64,000 nt of DNA, from positions 62,001-126,000 of the forward strand of contig NIVC01000267.1 in assembly GCA_002269645.1 (NCBI GenBank), written 5' to 3'. Position numbers and translations under genes: made by a program. Shown here in pieces: positions 34,921 to 46,500 of the stretch (its first letter is position 1; every line of letters starts with the position of its first letter). The notes beneath the pieces are model-generated. The model was not told the DNA's origin. It did no database searches and saw only the letters and a program-made list of their open reading frames with translations. Origin of the DNA: Macrostomum lignano. Its lineage: Eukaryota.

Positions 34921-36886
34921 AAGCTACTGGATTATTGGCTAGCTGGAACTCAAAGCTACAGGATTATTGGCCAGCTGGAATGCAAAGCTACTGGATTATT
35001 GGCTAGCTGGAATGCAAAGCTACTGGATTATTGGCTAGCTGGAATTCAAAGCTACAGGATTATTGGCTAGCTGGAATTCAAAGCTACAGGATTATTGGCT
35101 AGCTGGAATGCAAAGCTACTGGATTATTGGCTAGCTGGAATTCAAAGCTACTGGATTATTGGCTAGCTGGAATGCAAAGCTACAGGATTATTGGCCAGCT
35201 GGAATGCAAAGCTACTGGATTATTGGCTAGCTGGAATGCAAAGCTACTGGATTATTGGCTAGCTGGAATTCAAAGCTACAGGATTATTGGCTAGCTGGAA
35301 TTCAAAGCTACAGGATTATTGGCTAGCTGGAATGCAAAGCTACTGGATTATTGGCTAGCTGGAATGCAAAGCTACAGGATTATTGGCTAGCTGGAATGCA
35401 AAGCTACAGGATTATTGGCTAGCTGGAATGCAAAGCTACATGATTATTGGCTAGCTGGAATGCAAAGCTACTGGATTATTGGCTAGCTGGAATGCAAAGC
35501 TACAGGATTATTGGCTAGCTGGAATTCAAAGCTACAGGATTATTGGCTAGCTGGAATGCAAAGCTACTGGATTATTGGCTAGCTGGAATGCAAAGCTACA
35601 GGATTATTGGCTAGCTGGAATGCAAAGCTACAGGATTATTGGCTAGCTGGAATGCAAAGCTACTGGATTATTGGCTAGCTGGAATGCAAAGCTACTGGAT
35701 TATTGGCCAGCTGGAATTCAAAGCTACATGGATTATTGGCTAGCTGGAATGCAAAGCTACTGGATTATTGGCTAGCTGGAATGCAAAGCTACTGGATTAT
35801 TGGCTAGCTGGAATGCAAAGCTACAGGATTATTGGCTAGCTGGAATGCAAAGCTACTGGATTATTGGCCAGCTGGAACTCAAAGCTACTGGATTATTGGC
35901 TAGCTGGATGCAAAGCTACAGGATTATTGGCTAGCTAGAATGCAAAGCTACTGGATTATTGGCCAGCTGGAACTCAAAGCTACTGGATTATTGGCTAGCT
36001 GGATGCAAAGCTACTGGATTATTGGCTAGCTAGAATGCAAAGCTACTGGATTATTGGCTAGCTGGAATGCAAAGCTACTGGATTATTGGCTAGCTGGAAT
36101 GCAAAGCTACAGGATTATTGGCTAGCTGGAATGCAAAGCTACATGGATTATTGGCTAGCTGGAATGCAAAGCTACTGGATTATTGGCTAGCTGGAATGCA
36201 AAGCTACAGGATTATTGGCTAGCTGGAATGCAAAGCTACTGGATTATTGGCTAGCTGGAATGCAAAGCTACATGGATTATTGGCTAGCTGGAATGCAAAG
36301 CTACAGGATTATTGGCTAGCTGGAATTCAAAGCTACTGGATTATTGGCTAGCTGGAATGCAAAGCTACTGGATTATTGGCTAGCTGGAATGCAAAGCTAC
36401 ATGGATTATTGGCCAGCTGGAATGCAAAGCTACTGGATTATTGGCCAGCTGGAATGCAATGCTACTGGATTATTGGCTAGCTGGAATGCAAAGCTACTGG
36501 ATTATTGGCTAGCTGGAATGCAAAGCTACTGGATTATTGGCTAGCTGGAATGCAAAGCTACTGGATTATTGGCTAGCTGGAATGCAAAGCTACAGGATTA
36601 TTGGCTAGCTGGAATGCAAAGCTACAGGATTATTGGCTAGCTGGAATGCAAAGCTACTGGATTATTGGCTAGCTGGAATTCAAAGCTACTGGATTATTGG
36701 CTAGCTGGAATGCAAAGCTACAGGATTATTGGCCAGCTGGAATGCAAAGCTACTGGATTATTGGCTAGCTGGAATTCAAAGCTACAGGATTATTGGCTAG
36801 CTGGATGCAAAGCTACTGGATTATTGGCTAGCTGGAATGCAAAGCTACTGGATTATTGGCTAGCTGGAACTCAAAGCTACTGGATT
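34921..36886. repeat. 32-bp minisatellite, about 61 copies
   Basis: Unit AAGCTAC(T/A)GGATTATTGGCTAGCTGGAAT(G/T)CA. Confidence 0.98.
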
Positions 36887-39219
36887 TGAGGACTGCCGGA
36901 TTTCCATGAAATCCTCTCATACAGTTGGCAGTGACTCAGTTCGCGGTGGCCTAAAAAATGGTTGAAATATATACCTGGCTGCAATCGTTAAAATTTGAAA
37001 AATAAAGCGATTGAATTTCTTTAACCTGGTTAATTTTTTATTTATTCCACTTCGTTGTCTGAAGAAAACTTGAGCATTGGAATTTTTTAAAATATTTGTG
37101 CCCCTCTATATAACTTAGTATGGCGCAAGACTGCTTTAAACTTGCAGTCATCCTCAGAAGGCGTGCGTAGGCTGCAACTTTCTGGTAAATTTCCATTACT
37201 GTTTTATTGCTCAAACTTTTAAGTGAGCTTTATTTTTATCTCTCTTAACCGTTCATATTGTAACCTATTAAACTTAAATATTGCCCGGTCCATTGCTTTG
37301 GAAATTTTTCTAAGCTACGTACTTGACAATTAAGTTCAATTAACTTAAGTGCGATATTTCCAGTTAATGCTGACTTTGTTATCAGTAGGTCACATCACAT
37401 TCCAACATTTTTATCTGTTAATCTGTTATGTTATCTTTAACAGGTTCGCGTCAGCTCAAGCTTTCACTCCTTAAGAATGTGTAAGCATGTTTATTAAAAA
37501 ATATCCGATAGATCTCACGTGGTTGTTTAAATCTATAGGGAAGTTTCTCGATTCTTCTCTCGTGGTTTGTGTTACTGAAACGTTTTCTAACCTAAAAGTC
37601 TGAAGGTCGCAGCCTGGCTGCTGTTGACTCAGCCAATACCGACCCTTCCTCCTTATCTGCAAGCCAAACCCTTCGGCCACGCGTCTGCTGCGTGTCTGTG
37701 GGGGGTGCAAGGACGGGTGCAGGGAGGCGGGTCGGGGGCGTGCACGGCAGCCCCCCAGTCTCTGCTCTTTGGTCTGAGTCTGACCAAAGCCAAGCCTTTT
37801 TAACCATGCAGCGCGAAAAATGCAACGTGGCCATTTTAATAAAGTGCAGTCTTGGAAGTTTTAGGGGCGTTCATATTTAATAGTTCTTTGAAAGATTCAT
37901 ACGCGAATGCAAATAAAAGTACCGAGGTTTCTTGGAATCAGACTTAGTTTGGATTTGTTTTTAGCGCGTCCCCAGTTGACCTGTGGACTGTACTGCATGC
38001 AGACAGTCATTCTTTAATATGCCGAGGATGAAGGCCGGAGGAGCCTGGTGGGGGGAAGAGGGTCAATGTTTGATTGCACTGCACTGCTTGAAGTCCGGTG
38101 CATCTTTATCACACTGGCAGTGCATGCAAAGCAAACTGATAAAAAGGGGTCATCATCTCACTTTCAGCTGCAGCGTTCAGCAACTCAATTTTGTTTTATT
38201 CTACTGCTCAAAATCGGCTCAGACTCAAACAAGATTTTTCTGATTGCTAAAGCATTTATTGGTCGATAAACTGCTCTGCAATCTCAGAATGTCGGTCTGG
38301 CTATTTGGATTTGGATCACCTGCAAATTCATGCTGTCATTCTGTCTCCGATGCAAAAGTCGACGACACCTCACTATACATATCAAAATCATAAGCCAAAA
38401 GCCTATCTATGAGTATCAGTCTATTCATTTTTAATTCTGTGTAAGTCCGAGGATCTTGTCTTTTACAGTGCACCTAAATGATTATGAAACCAAGAAAGTG
38501 CCTATTCAGGGACGCCTTAAGCTAGTCAGGTTTTCTAGCTTCAGAAGTCCCTTTTTTCTTCTTCATGATACTGTTTCTCAGGTGGCACGTGCTGCCCACC
38601 CAACCCAATCCTGTCCTTTCAAAAACAACAGGAGAATCCAGGGCCTGGCATTTTTGTTAATATCGCTTGTTTAATAAAGTTTACTACACATTTTTTCAAG
38701 GCCAAATCAAAGTATGTGCATATTATTCGCTAGGAGGAATTCTTGCCCGTGTGTAAGATGTACAATAGATGATCACGCAGTCATGCGCCGGGCAGCGCGT
38801 GTTTTTGTGGAAAACTGGAAAACTGGTTAGTGCCTTCTCTATTTCAAGAATCTCCCGCTCTGCTATTTTTAGCTCTTTCTGCCCACTAGCACACGGCGTG
38901 ATCGCTTCACTGCGTGTAAAAGCATCTACAGGAAACCTTTCCAAATAGCCACGCGCGATCCTCGTGCTATCCGCCCATTGGTCTGGCCTAGGTCAACCTC
39001 CACACACCCCAGCTCCCCCACGCCCCCAAACTGAGAAATCAGCACTAGTATTTAACTAGCGCCCTTGCCAATCCCAGAGAAAGCAAGCGTTGGAGCGTCT
39101 CCTAGCATCAAAACTTGTTTGAACCGGCTGAATTCTCAGTAACGCTATCTGCCACTCCCCTAACGAGCGTAAGCCTGATTTTTGTTTTCTCAACTGCTTC
39201 TTATAACCACTATTGAAGA

Positions 39220-40678
39220 ATGAGCGAATACTACAGTTCCTTCCAAGAGACTGGGCTGACCCTTCTGGTTGACCGCCAACGAATTGGCCAAAGCGACGCT
39301 TTCCACCTGAATGCGGCATCGATTGCTGCCGCCGCCGCCGCCGCTGCTGTAGCTGGTAAGAATGCCGCCACTGCTGCGCTGCATTCCGGCGACTGGCCCG
39401 AGCAGGCTAGGAAGTCTTGGTAAGTATCCAGTGTCTCTTGCTGACTTGCTGACTATATAGTATAGGACTCTAGTCTTGTTAATGTTGGTACAAACTCTAG
39501 ACCAATGGTTGGTAAATAACTATTGCGTAATACTTTCGATCAATGTTACCTTCCTGGTTTGGCCTCAGAAAAATCCAGAAAATTCTAGAATGTTCGAAAC
39601 TTCTCTTCCGCTTACTTAGCTACTTGTAGTAGTATTAAATGAAAAAGCTTTTCGTCTTTAAATGATTCCAGTTTCTTAGAAAGATTTTAAAAAAATCAAG
39701 ATTTGATTTTTTTATTTAAACCACCCTTAATTGAAAAAGAGATTGGAAAAAAGTGTTTCAAGTTAGCAACTGAGCTATTATTATCAAATTTTTCAGCATC
39801 AACCGTCTCCATGGCAACGGCTCGTGGGTGCGCTACTGCGCTTGCGAAGACTGCCAGCGCGTCCACGCTGTCCGTTTCAGGCGGAGCAGCAACGGTAGCA
39901 GCAACGGCGATGTCCAGCTGGTAGATGACGAGCCGACGCTGGTCGCGGACGAGAATTTGCGAATGACCTACGAAGTTTGGGGACTGCGCCAGAATGAGCT
40001 GCCAGTGAAAGGTAGGTCTGAGTATTGATCAGATTGATGCTCAAGTTCGATTTCTGCAAAGTTTTTAACGCTTTCAAAAACAATATACAACTCAATGCCA
40101 CCGCAGGCACCTACGTGGACCCGAAGATCCTGCCGGGCTTCAAGTACCGAGTTCGCTGCCTCGGCCCGGGCGGCCGCTCCGTCTTCCCCGAGCCGCGCCG
40201 CCTGCTCAGCATCGGTGCCGGCTACGGCAAGCGGCTCACCTTCGATGTCAAGTCGCTGAGCTCCGGCGAGGGCGCCAACAGGCGGCCAGTGGACCACTTC
40301 TGGTCGGACAGCTGGCCGGAGGGCTACGCCCTCTCCCTGTCTGCCCTGGACGTCGGCCAGCGATTCGCCTTGCAGACCCGCAGCGGCCAGGAGATCGGCC
40401 GCGCCGAGGTCACGTGGACGGTGCCGGAGCCAGCAGAGTGTCGCCTGCGGCTCGGCGCCGACTTCGTTGTGGCCAGCGTGCCAGTGGCTTTCCGGGCCAG
40501 CGTCGGCCTGACCGCCTGCCGCTGTCTGCTCGGTTGCCATGACTACGAAGACGTGGCCATGACCGGTATTGCTCGACTGGAGCGGCCTGCCGGCTCCCGG
40601 GCGGTGGCCACGGTGGCCCGAGTTGACGGAGTTCGGCTGCCGAGCCTGCCCGATCTGCGTCTGGTGCCGATCGATTGA
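39220..40678 (+). CDS. Uncharacterised 328-aa protein, 3 exons
   Basis: Exons 39220-39419, 39797-40011 and 40107-40678 with GTAAGT and GTAGGT donors and compatible phases (2,1). The globular-looking region GTYVDPKILPGFKYRVR..SIGAGYGKRLTF..FWSDSWPEGY looks like a conserved invertebrate domain from memory, but I cannot name it. Exon 1 is less certain. Confidence 0.7.
39805..39818 (+). promoter_or_regulatory. RFX X-box motif, inside coding exon 2
   Basis: GTCTCCATGGCAAC matches RTHNYY-WT-RRNRAC exactly. Confidence 0.45.
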
Positions 40679-40790
40679 TTTGTTGATCGATTTTTCCAAG
40701 AAACCTCTGGGTTGATCAAATTTTCCAAGAAACTTCTGGGTTGATCGATGATCGATTTTTCCAAGAAACCTCTGGAAAACTAATTGGGGC
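40674..40790. repeat. Short 29-bp tandem repeat (about 3 copies) beginning at the stop codon
   Basis: TTGATCGATTTTTCCAAGAAACCTCTGGG-type units. Confidence 0.8.
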
Positions 40791-42065
40791 TTTTCGATGT
40801 TTCTACGATAGCTATTTCTTAGAAACTGTCGGATTCGGTGTCCGAATTCGTCCCCGCTGTAATATCTATTCATCTTGGGAGGGAGAGACCAACAGCAAGA
40901 CTTCCCGAGTCCAGAACCAGAACATCTGGGGGGGGGGGGGGGGGTTACAAAAAGCCGTTCACCTCGGTATTGCTCACTAGTCATGTTTGATGTTGCGGCA
41001 TTCTGTACTGACCGTCTCCGCTCTTGGTAGCACCGGACTGCCATTCGGATGCATTCGTCGCCTTCATACTTTCGACACAATTTTGTGCTTTTTCTGTAAA
41101 AAGTATATATAATTTAACTCGTCTCCAGCCGCATAGCAACACCATAGCAACTGTTGCTATGCGGCTGTCGCGGCTCGATGACTCACTCCCCCTGCTCCCC
41201 TTTTCGATCCGTTAGCTCAGCAAGATACCCTACCACAGCTTGGCGTAGCTTTATCAGCTTGTTTTAATATTGAATATATATTTTTCCATTACTTGTATTG
41301 GTGTACAAATTATTAATATTTTATTTAATACTAGTTGTGAATAGTCTGCGTTAGAACCAGGCTGATAAAGCTGTGGTGTATCAAGCTCCCGCGAGTTTAG
41401 TTGTGCTTACATATTACTTACATCTATACAAAACTGTATTTTTTAGCCTTTTTCACGTTGGCATTCGTTTTGCCCTTTTTTCTCTGTACGCTCGTTTTGC
41501 CTCGTCGCTCCACAAGTCGCTAGCGATCGAGTCTCCGCTTCCTGAACCAATCTAACCAACTGCCTCGCAGCTCCCGATGCTAGCAGTAATATGCTGGCAA
41601 AATACCAGCTTATTACTAACTATCCTACTCATAATAGTAGCGCATCGCGAATATTATCGGAGCTGCGAACCAGTTTATTGGTGGCTATTCTGGCTGTATT
41701 TTATCGTTAACCGTTAGCCAACTTTGGCCCATAACTAGTATTTGTTTCTTAGTTCTTGTATCACACGGGCCGCGCGAATAGCAAAATTCTATGTTATTTA
41801 TCGAATGTATTACAAAAAATTTCCTAAACCGATGGTTTTTTTGTTCGCCGCCGAATCTTTCGATCCGACCCCAGAAATCTGATTTGGGGCTTTTATTGTG
41901 CGCTAGCCAATGCGTTTGTTGTTGTTCTTTACAATAAATTTGTGAGGCCATTTTTTGAGCAAAACAACTTTGCTTCATAATATAAAGTTCATCACTTCAT
42001 CACTTTTTTGGGGAGTTTATGATACTGCTTTCTGCACATTCCGCTCACTTCTGAGTACATATTGG

Positions 42066-43050
42066 ATAAGCCACTTGGGTTTTAGGATAAGCCAGTTGGG
42101 TTTTAGGATAAGCCACTTGGGTTTTAGGATAAGCCACTTGGGTTTTAGGATAAGCCACTAGGGTTTTAGGATAAGCCACTTGGGTTTTAGGATAAGCCAC
42201 TTGGGTTTTAGGATAAGCCACTTGGGTTTTAGGATAAGCCAGTTGGGTTTTAGGATAAGCCACTTGGGTTTTAGGATAAGCCACTTGGGTTTTAGGATAA
42301 GCCACTAGGGTTTTAGGATAAGCCACTAGGGTTTTAGCATAAGCCAGTTGGGTTTTAGGATAAGCCTCTTGGGTTTTAGGATAAGCCACTTGGGTTTTAG
42401 GGTAAGCCACTTGGGTTTCAGGATAAGCCAGTTGGGTTTCAGGATAAGCCACTTGGGTTTTAGGATAAGCCACTTGGGTTTCAGGATAAGCCAGTTGGGT
42501 TTTAGGATAAGCCAGTTGGGTTTTAGGATAAGCCACTTGGGTTTTAGGATAAGCCACTTGGGTTTTAGGGTAAGCCACTTGGGTTTCAGGATAAGCCAGT
42601 TGGGTTTTAGGATAAGACACTTGGGGTTTTTATACAAGCCACTAGAGTTTTAGGATAAGACACTTGGGTTTTTATACAAGCCACTTGGGTTTTAGGATAA
42701 GACAAATTAGGCTTTTAGAGCCACTAGGGTTTTAGGATAAGACAAATTAGGCTTTTAGAGCCACCAGGGTTTTAGGATAAGACAAATTAGGCTTTTAGAG
42801 CCACTAGGGTTTTAGGATAAGACAAATTAGGCTTTTAGAGCCACTAGGGTTTTAGGATAAGACAAATTAGGCTTTTAGAGCCACTAGGGTTTTAGGATAA
42901 GCCACTTTGGTTTTAGGACAAGCCTCTATGATTTTAGGATAAGCCTATATGGCTTTATGATGAGCCACTTTAGTCTTAGGATAAGTCACTAGGGTTCTAA
43001 GATAAGCCACTAGGGTTTTAGGATAAGCCACTAGGGTTTTAGGATAAGCC
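42066..43050. repeat. 21-bp minisatellite with a more complex distal part
   Basis: Unit TTGGGTTTTAGGATAAGCCA(C/G), changing to a 39-bp variant near 42680-42900. Confidence 0.95.
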
Positions 43051-43583
43051 AGTAGGTTTATACGAGCTACGCGGGTTTTCGGATAGTTTTTAGGTTTTAG
43101 GGTTCGGTTTTAGGTTCCTAAGTAGTAGAATAAAGTAATAGGGCTTAAGTATAAATAAATGAGCCACCTGTTTACGATAAGCGATTGGCCTATCAGAATT
43201 ATGTATCTGGGTTGTAGAGATTTTTTGAAAGCGCAAAATATTGGGTCAAAGATAAGTTATTTTTAGCCTTTATCTTGAACCTTAATTGTTGTGGACATTT
43301 TACAGTATCAGGTGGCATCAGTTTTCTGTGGTGTTCACTTGAGATCATTTTGATCGGCTGATACCGATCGTCTGAGCTTGTACTCGTAAATAAGATAAGA
43401 AATCGCAGAGTACTTCGATCTGAGAAATTAATAACCATATATTTCGATAAGTATTACTACTAGTAGGCACAGTTGAAAAGTAGCAAGTTAAAAAGTGCAG
43501 CAACGGATTATTCCTGGAAATCGTAGCGCTTGAGCAGCAGGTGAAAATTATCCCAGGTGAATTCTATACGTTACTTCAATAGC

Positions 43584-46500
43584 TCAGGGGTTTGAGTCCT
43601 CGGCTGGAGCTGCTGCGGGCACCTCCGCCTCAGCCGCCGGCACGACAGCCGGATCGGAGGTGACGAAGGCGCGCAGCAAGACGGTGTATGTCTCAGTGAC
43701 GTCACCGCGCAGGGTCACTACGATGCTGGTCTCCACTGGGACGTTCGGCTGGGTGAGAGAGTAGGGTGGATTGAGGCGCTTGTTGAAACAGGGAGAGGGG
43801 GAGAGTTAAAGGAAGAAAGGTGGGATGTACAGAGCGTACATGGGAAGAGAAAGCTTGAGACGAATTAAACTTACATCCTGAGTTGGCGGAGGGTTCCAGG
43901 TGAACACGACGGGCTTCTTGGTGCCAGCTTCCACTTGGCCCTTCACCGAGTCGATGGAGAATCCCAGCGCACTGATGACGTTCGTGTTTTCAAAAGTGTA
44001 CTCGGCGTTCTGAAGAGGAGCATTGCATCGTCATGGAAGCCGATGGAATATCGAATTAACAGTAGTAGCAAACGCATTTTTCTTTCAATTTTTCCCTCGC
44101 TAAAATAATTTGTGCCAAATCTCTAGTCAGCTCAATCATTGTATCCTTGACTAGTTTTAGAGCAACACAAAACAGATCTTTTTTGTACGCTCGTAGTTCC
44201 GCTGCTAACGAAAACAACGACGTAATCCATTATAATGACTTATAATTACCTTTTTCTGACTGACGGCCATGGTCCTGACGCAGCCGACGTACATTGTTCG
44301 ATTAGCCGGTGAGATCACGCCGTCAACTGAGCACACGGCGCCAAAGGTGAGCAGAATGGCGCCAGCGGGGGCCTTGGGGTCTGGAATTCGGCACGTGCAA
44401 CTTGCAGGTCCTTCTACATGACTTCTAAAAGCTAAAAATTCTCTACATGACTAAATTCCAACATAATTTTGAGATGTTGGGGTGTTGTTAGCACTCATTT
44501 TAGCGGCAGGCACTCATTTTGGCGCCGAAGGCGTCATAGTTTGGCTCCCGGAAGCAAAATTATTGATTTTCCACAACGGGTCACAAGGTAGGGCGGTGGC
44601 ACAAAACAAAGCACTGGCCTGTTCCCCCACTGAGCCACTGAGCAGCTCAACTAACACGAGTCACTCACACAGACAACCAGAGAGTCACCCACACAGACAA
44701 CCAAAGAGTCACCCACACAGACAACCAAAGAGTCACCCACACAGACAACCAAAGAGTCACCCACACAGACAACCAAAGAGTCACCCACACAGACAACCAA
44801 AGAGTCACCCACACAGACAACCAAAGAGTCACCCACACAGACAACCAAAGAGTCACCCACACAGACAACCAAAGAGTCACCCACACAGACAACCAAAGAG
44901 TCATCCACACAGACAACCAGAGTCACCCACACAGACAACCAAAGAGTCACCCACACAGACAACCAAAGAGTCACCCACACAGACAACCAAAGAGTCACCC
45001 ACACAGACAACCAAAGAGTCATCCACACAGACAACCAGAGTCACCCACACAGACAACCAAAGAGTCACCCACACAGACAACCAAAGAGTCACCCACACAG
45101 ACAACCAAAGAGTCACCCACACAGACAACCAAAGAGTCACCCACACAGACAACCAAAGAGTCACCCACACAGACAACCAAAGAGTCACCCACACAGACAA
45201 CCAAAGAGTCACCCACACAGACAACCAAAGAGTCACCCACACAGACAACCAAAGAGTCACCCACACAGACAACCAAAGAGTCACCCACACAGACAACCAA
45301 AGAGTCACCCACACAGACAACCAAAGAGTCACCCACACAGACAACCAAAGAGTCACCCACACAGACAACCAAAGAGTCACCCACACAGACAACCAAAGAG
45401 TCACCCACACAGACAACCAAAGAGTCACCCACACAGACAACCAAAGAGTCACCCACACAGACAACCAAAGAGTCACCCACACAGACAACCAAAGAGTCAC
45501 CCACACAGACAACCAAAGAGTCACCCACACAGACAACCAAAGAGTCACCCACACAGACAACCAAAGAGTCACCCACACAGACAACCAAAGAGTCACCCAC
45601 ACAGACAACCAAAGAGTCACCCACACAGACAACCAAAGAGTCACCCACACAGACAACCAAAGAGTCACCCACACAGACAACCAAAGAGTCACCCAACCAA
45701 CAACAGACACTGAAACCCTGAAGACGCACCTTCGGTGACGGTGCCTCTGAACGCGGCGGCGAGGCACTCGACCTCGGAGCGGATGGCGTCGCCTCCGCCA
45801 AGGTAGGCGATGTGCGGCTTGGCCTGGCCGACCAGCCTCAGCTTGTGCGCCTCCTCCTTGTCGAAGATCAGCACTCGCAGGATGTCCGAGTAGCAGTCAG
45901 AGACTCGATCTGGCGCGAACGTCACCGTCAGGGAGGCCGTCTGGCCAGCCGGGATGTCGCCGGCGCAGGGTACGCAGTCGAACACCGCCTGGCCGCTGCG
46001 GTTCTGCACGCCCAGCGCCGCGGTTCGGCCTCCAGGGGCGAATACTGGCGGATGCTGCGCCTCCTGTGGACGGGGAGTCGTTTAGGAGTCATTGGAATCT
46101 ACATGAACCAGGTGGAAGTCAGTGGAATCTACAAGAACCAGGTGGAAGTCAGTGGAATCTACAAGAACCAGGTGGAAGTCAGTGGAATCTACAAGAACCG
46201 GTTAGGAGTCAGTGGAATCTACAAGAACCAGGTGGAAGTCAGTGGAATCTACAAGAACCAGGTGGAAGTCAGTGGAATCTACAAGAACCAGGTGGAAGTC
46301 AGTGGAATCTACAAGAACCGGTTAGGAGTCAGTGGAATCTACAGGAACCAAGTGGAAGTCAGTGGAATCTACAAGAACCGGTTAGGAGTCAGTGGAATCT
46401 ACAGGAACCAAGTGGAAGTCAGTGGAATCTACAAGAACCGGTTAGGAGTCAGTGGAATCTAGAGGAACCGGGTGGAAGTCAGTGGAATCTACAGGAACCG

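Noticed and set aside
38723-38944. Minus-strand 73-aa ORF with a short heptad-like stretch
   Set aside because: No linked exons or recognisable domain.
42066-43120. Interstitial telomere
   Set aside because: GGGTTTTAGG occurs only within a 21-bp unit and a short degenerate tail, with no (TTAGGG)n run.
44482-45801. 418-aa, 288-aa and 260-aa ORFs (also 42045-42653, 46066-46758, 53660-54523, 59068-59717 and 62091-63581)
   Set aside because: Translations of intronic or intergenic minisatellites.
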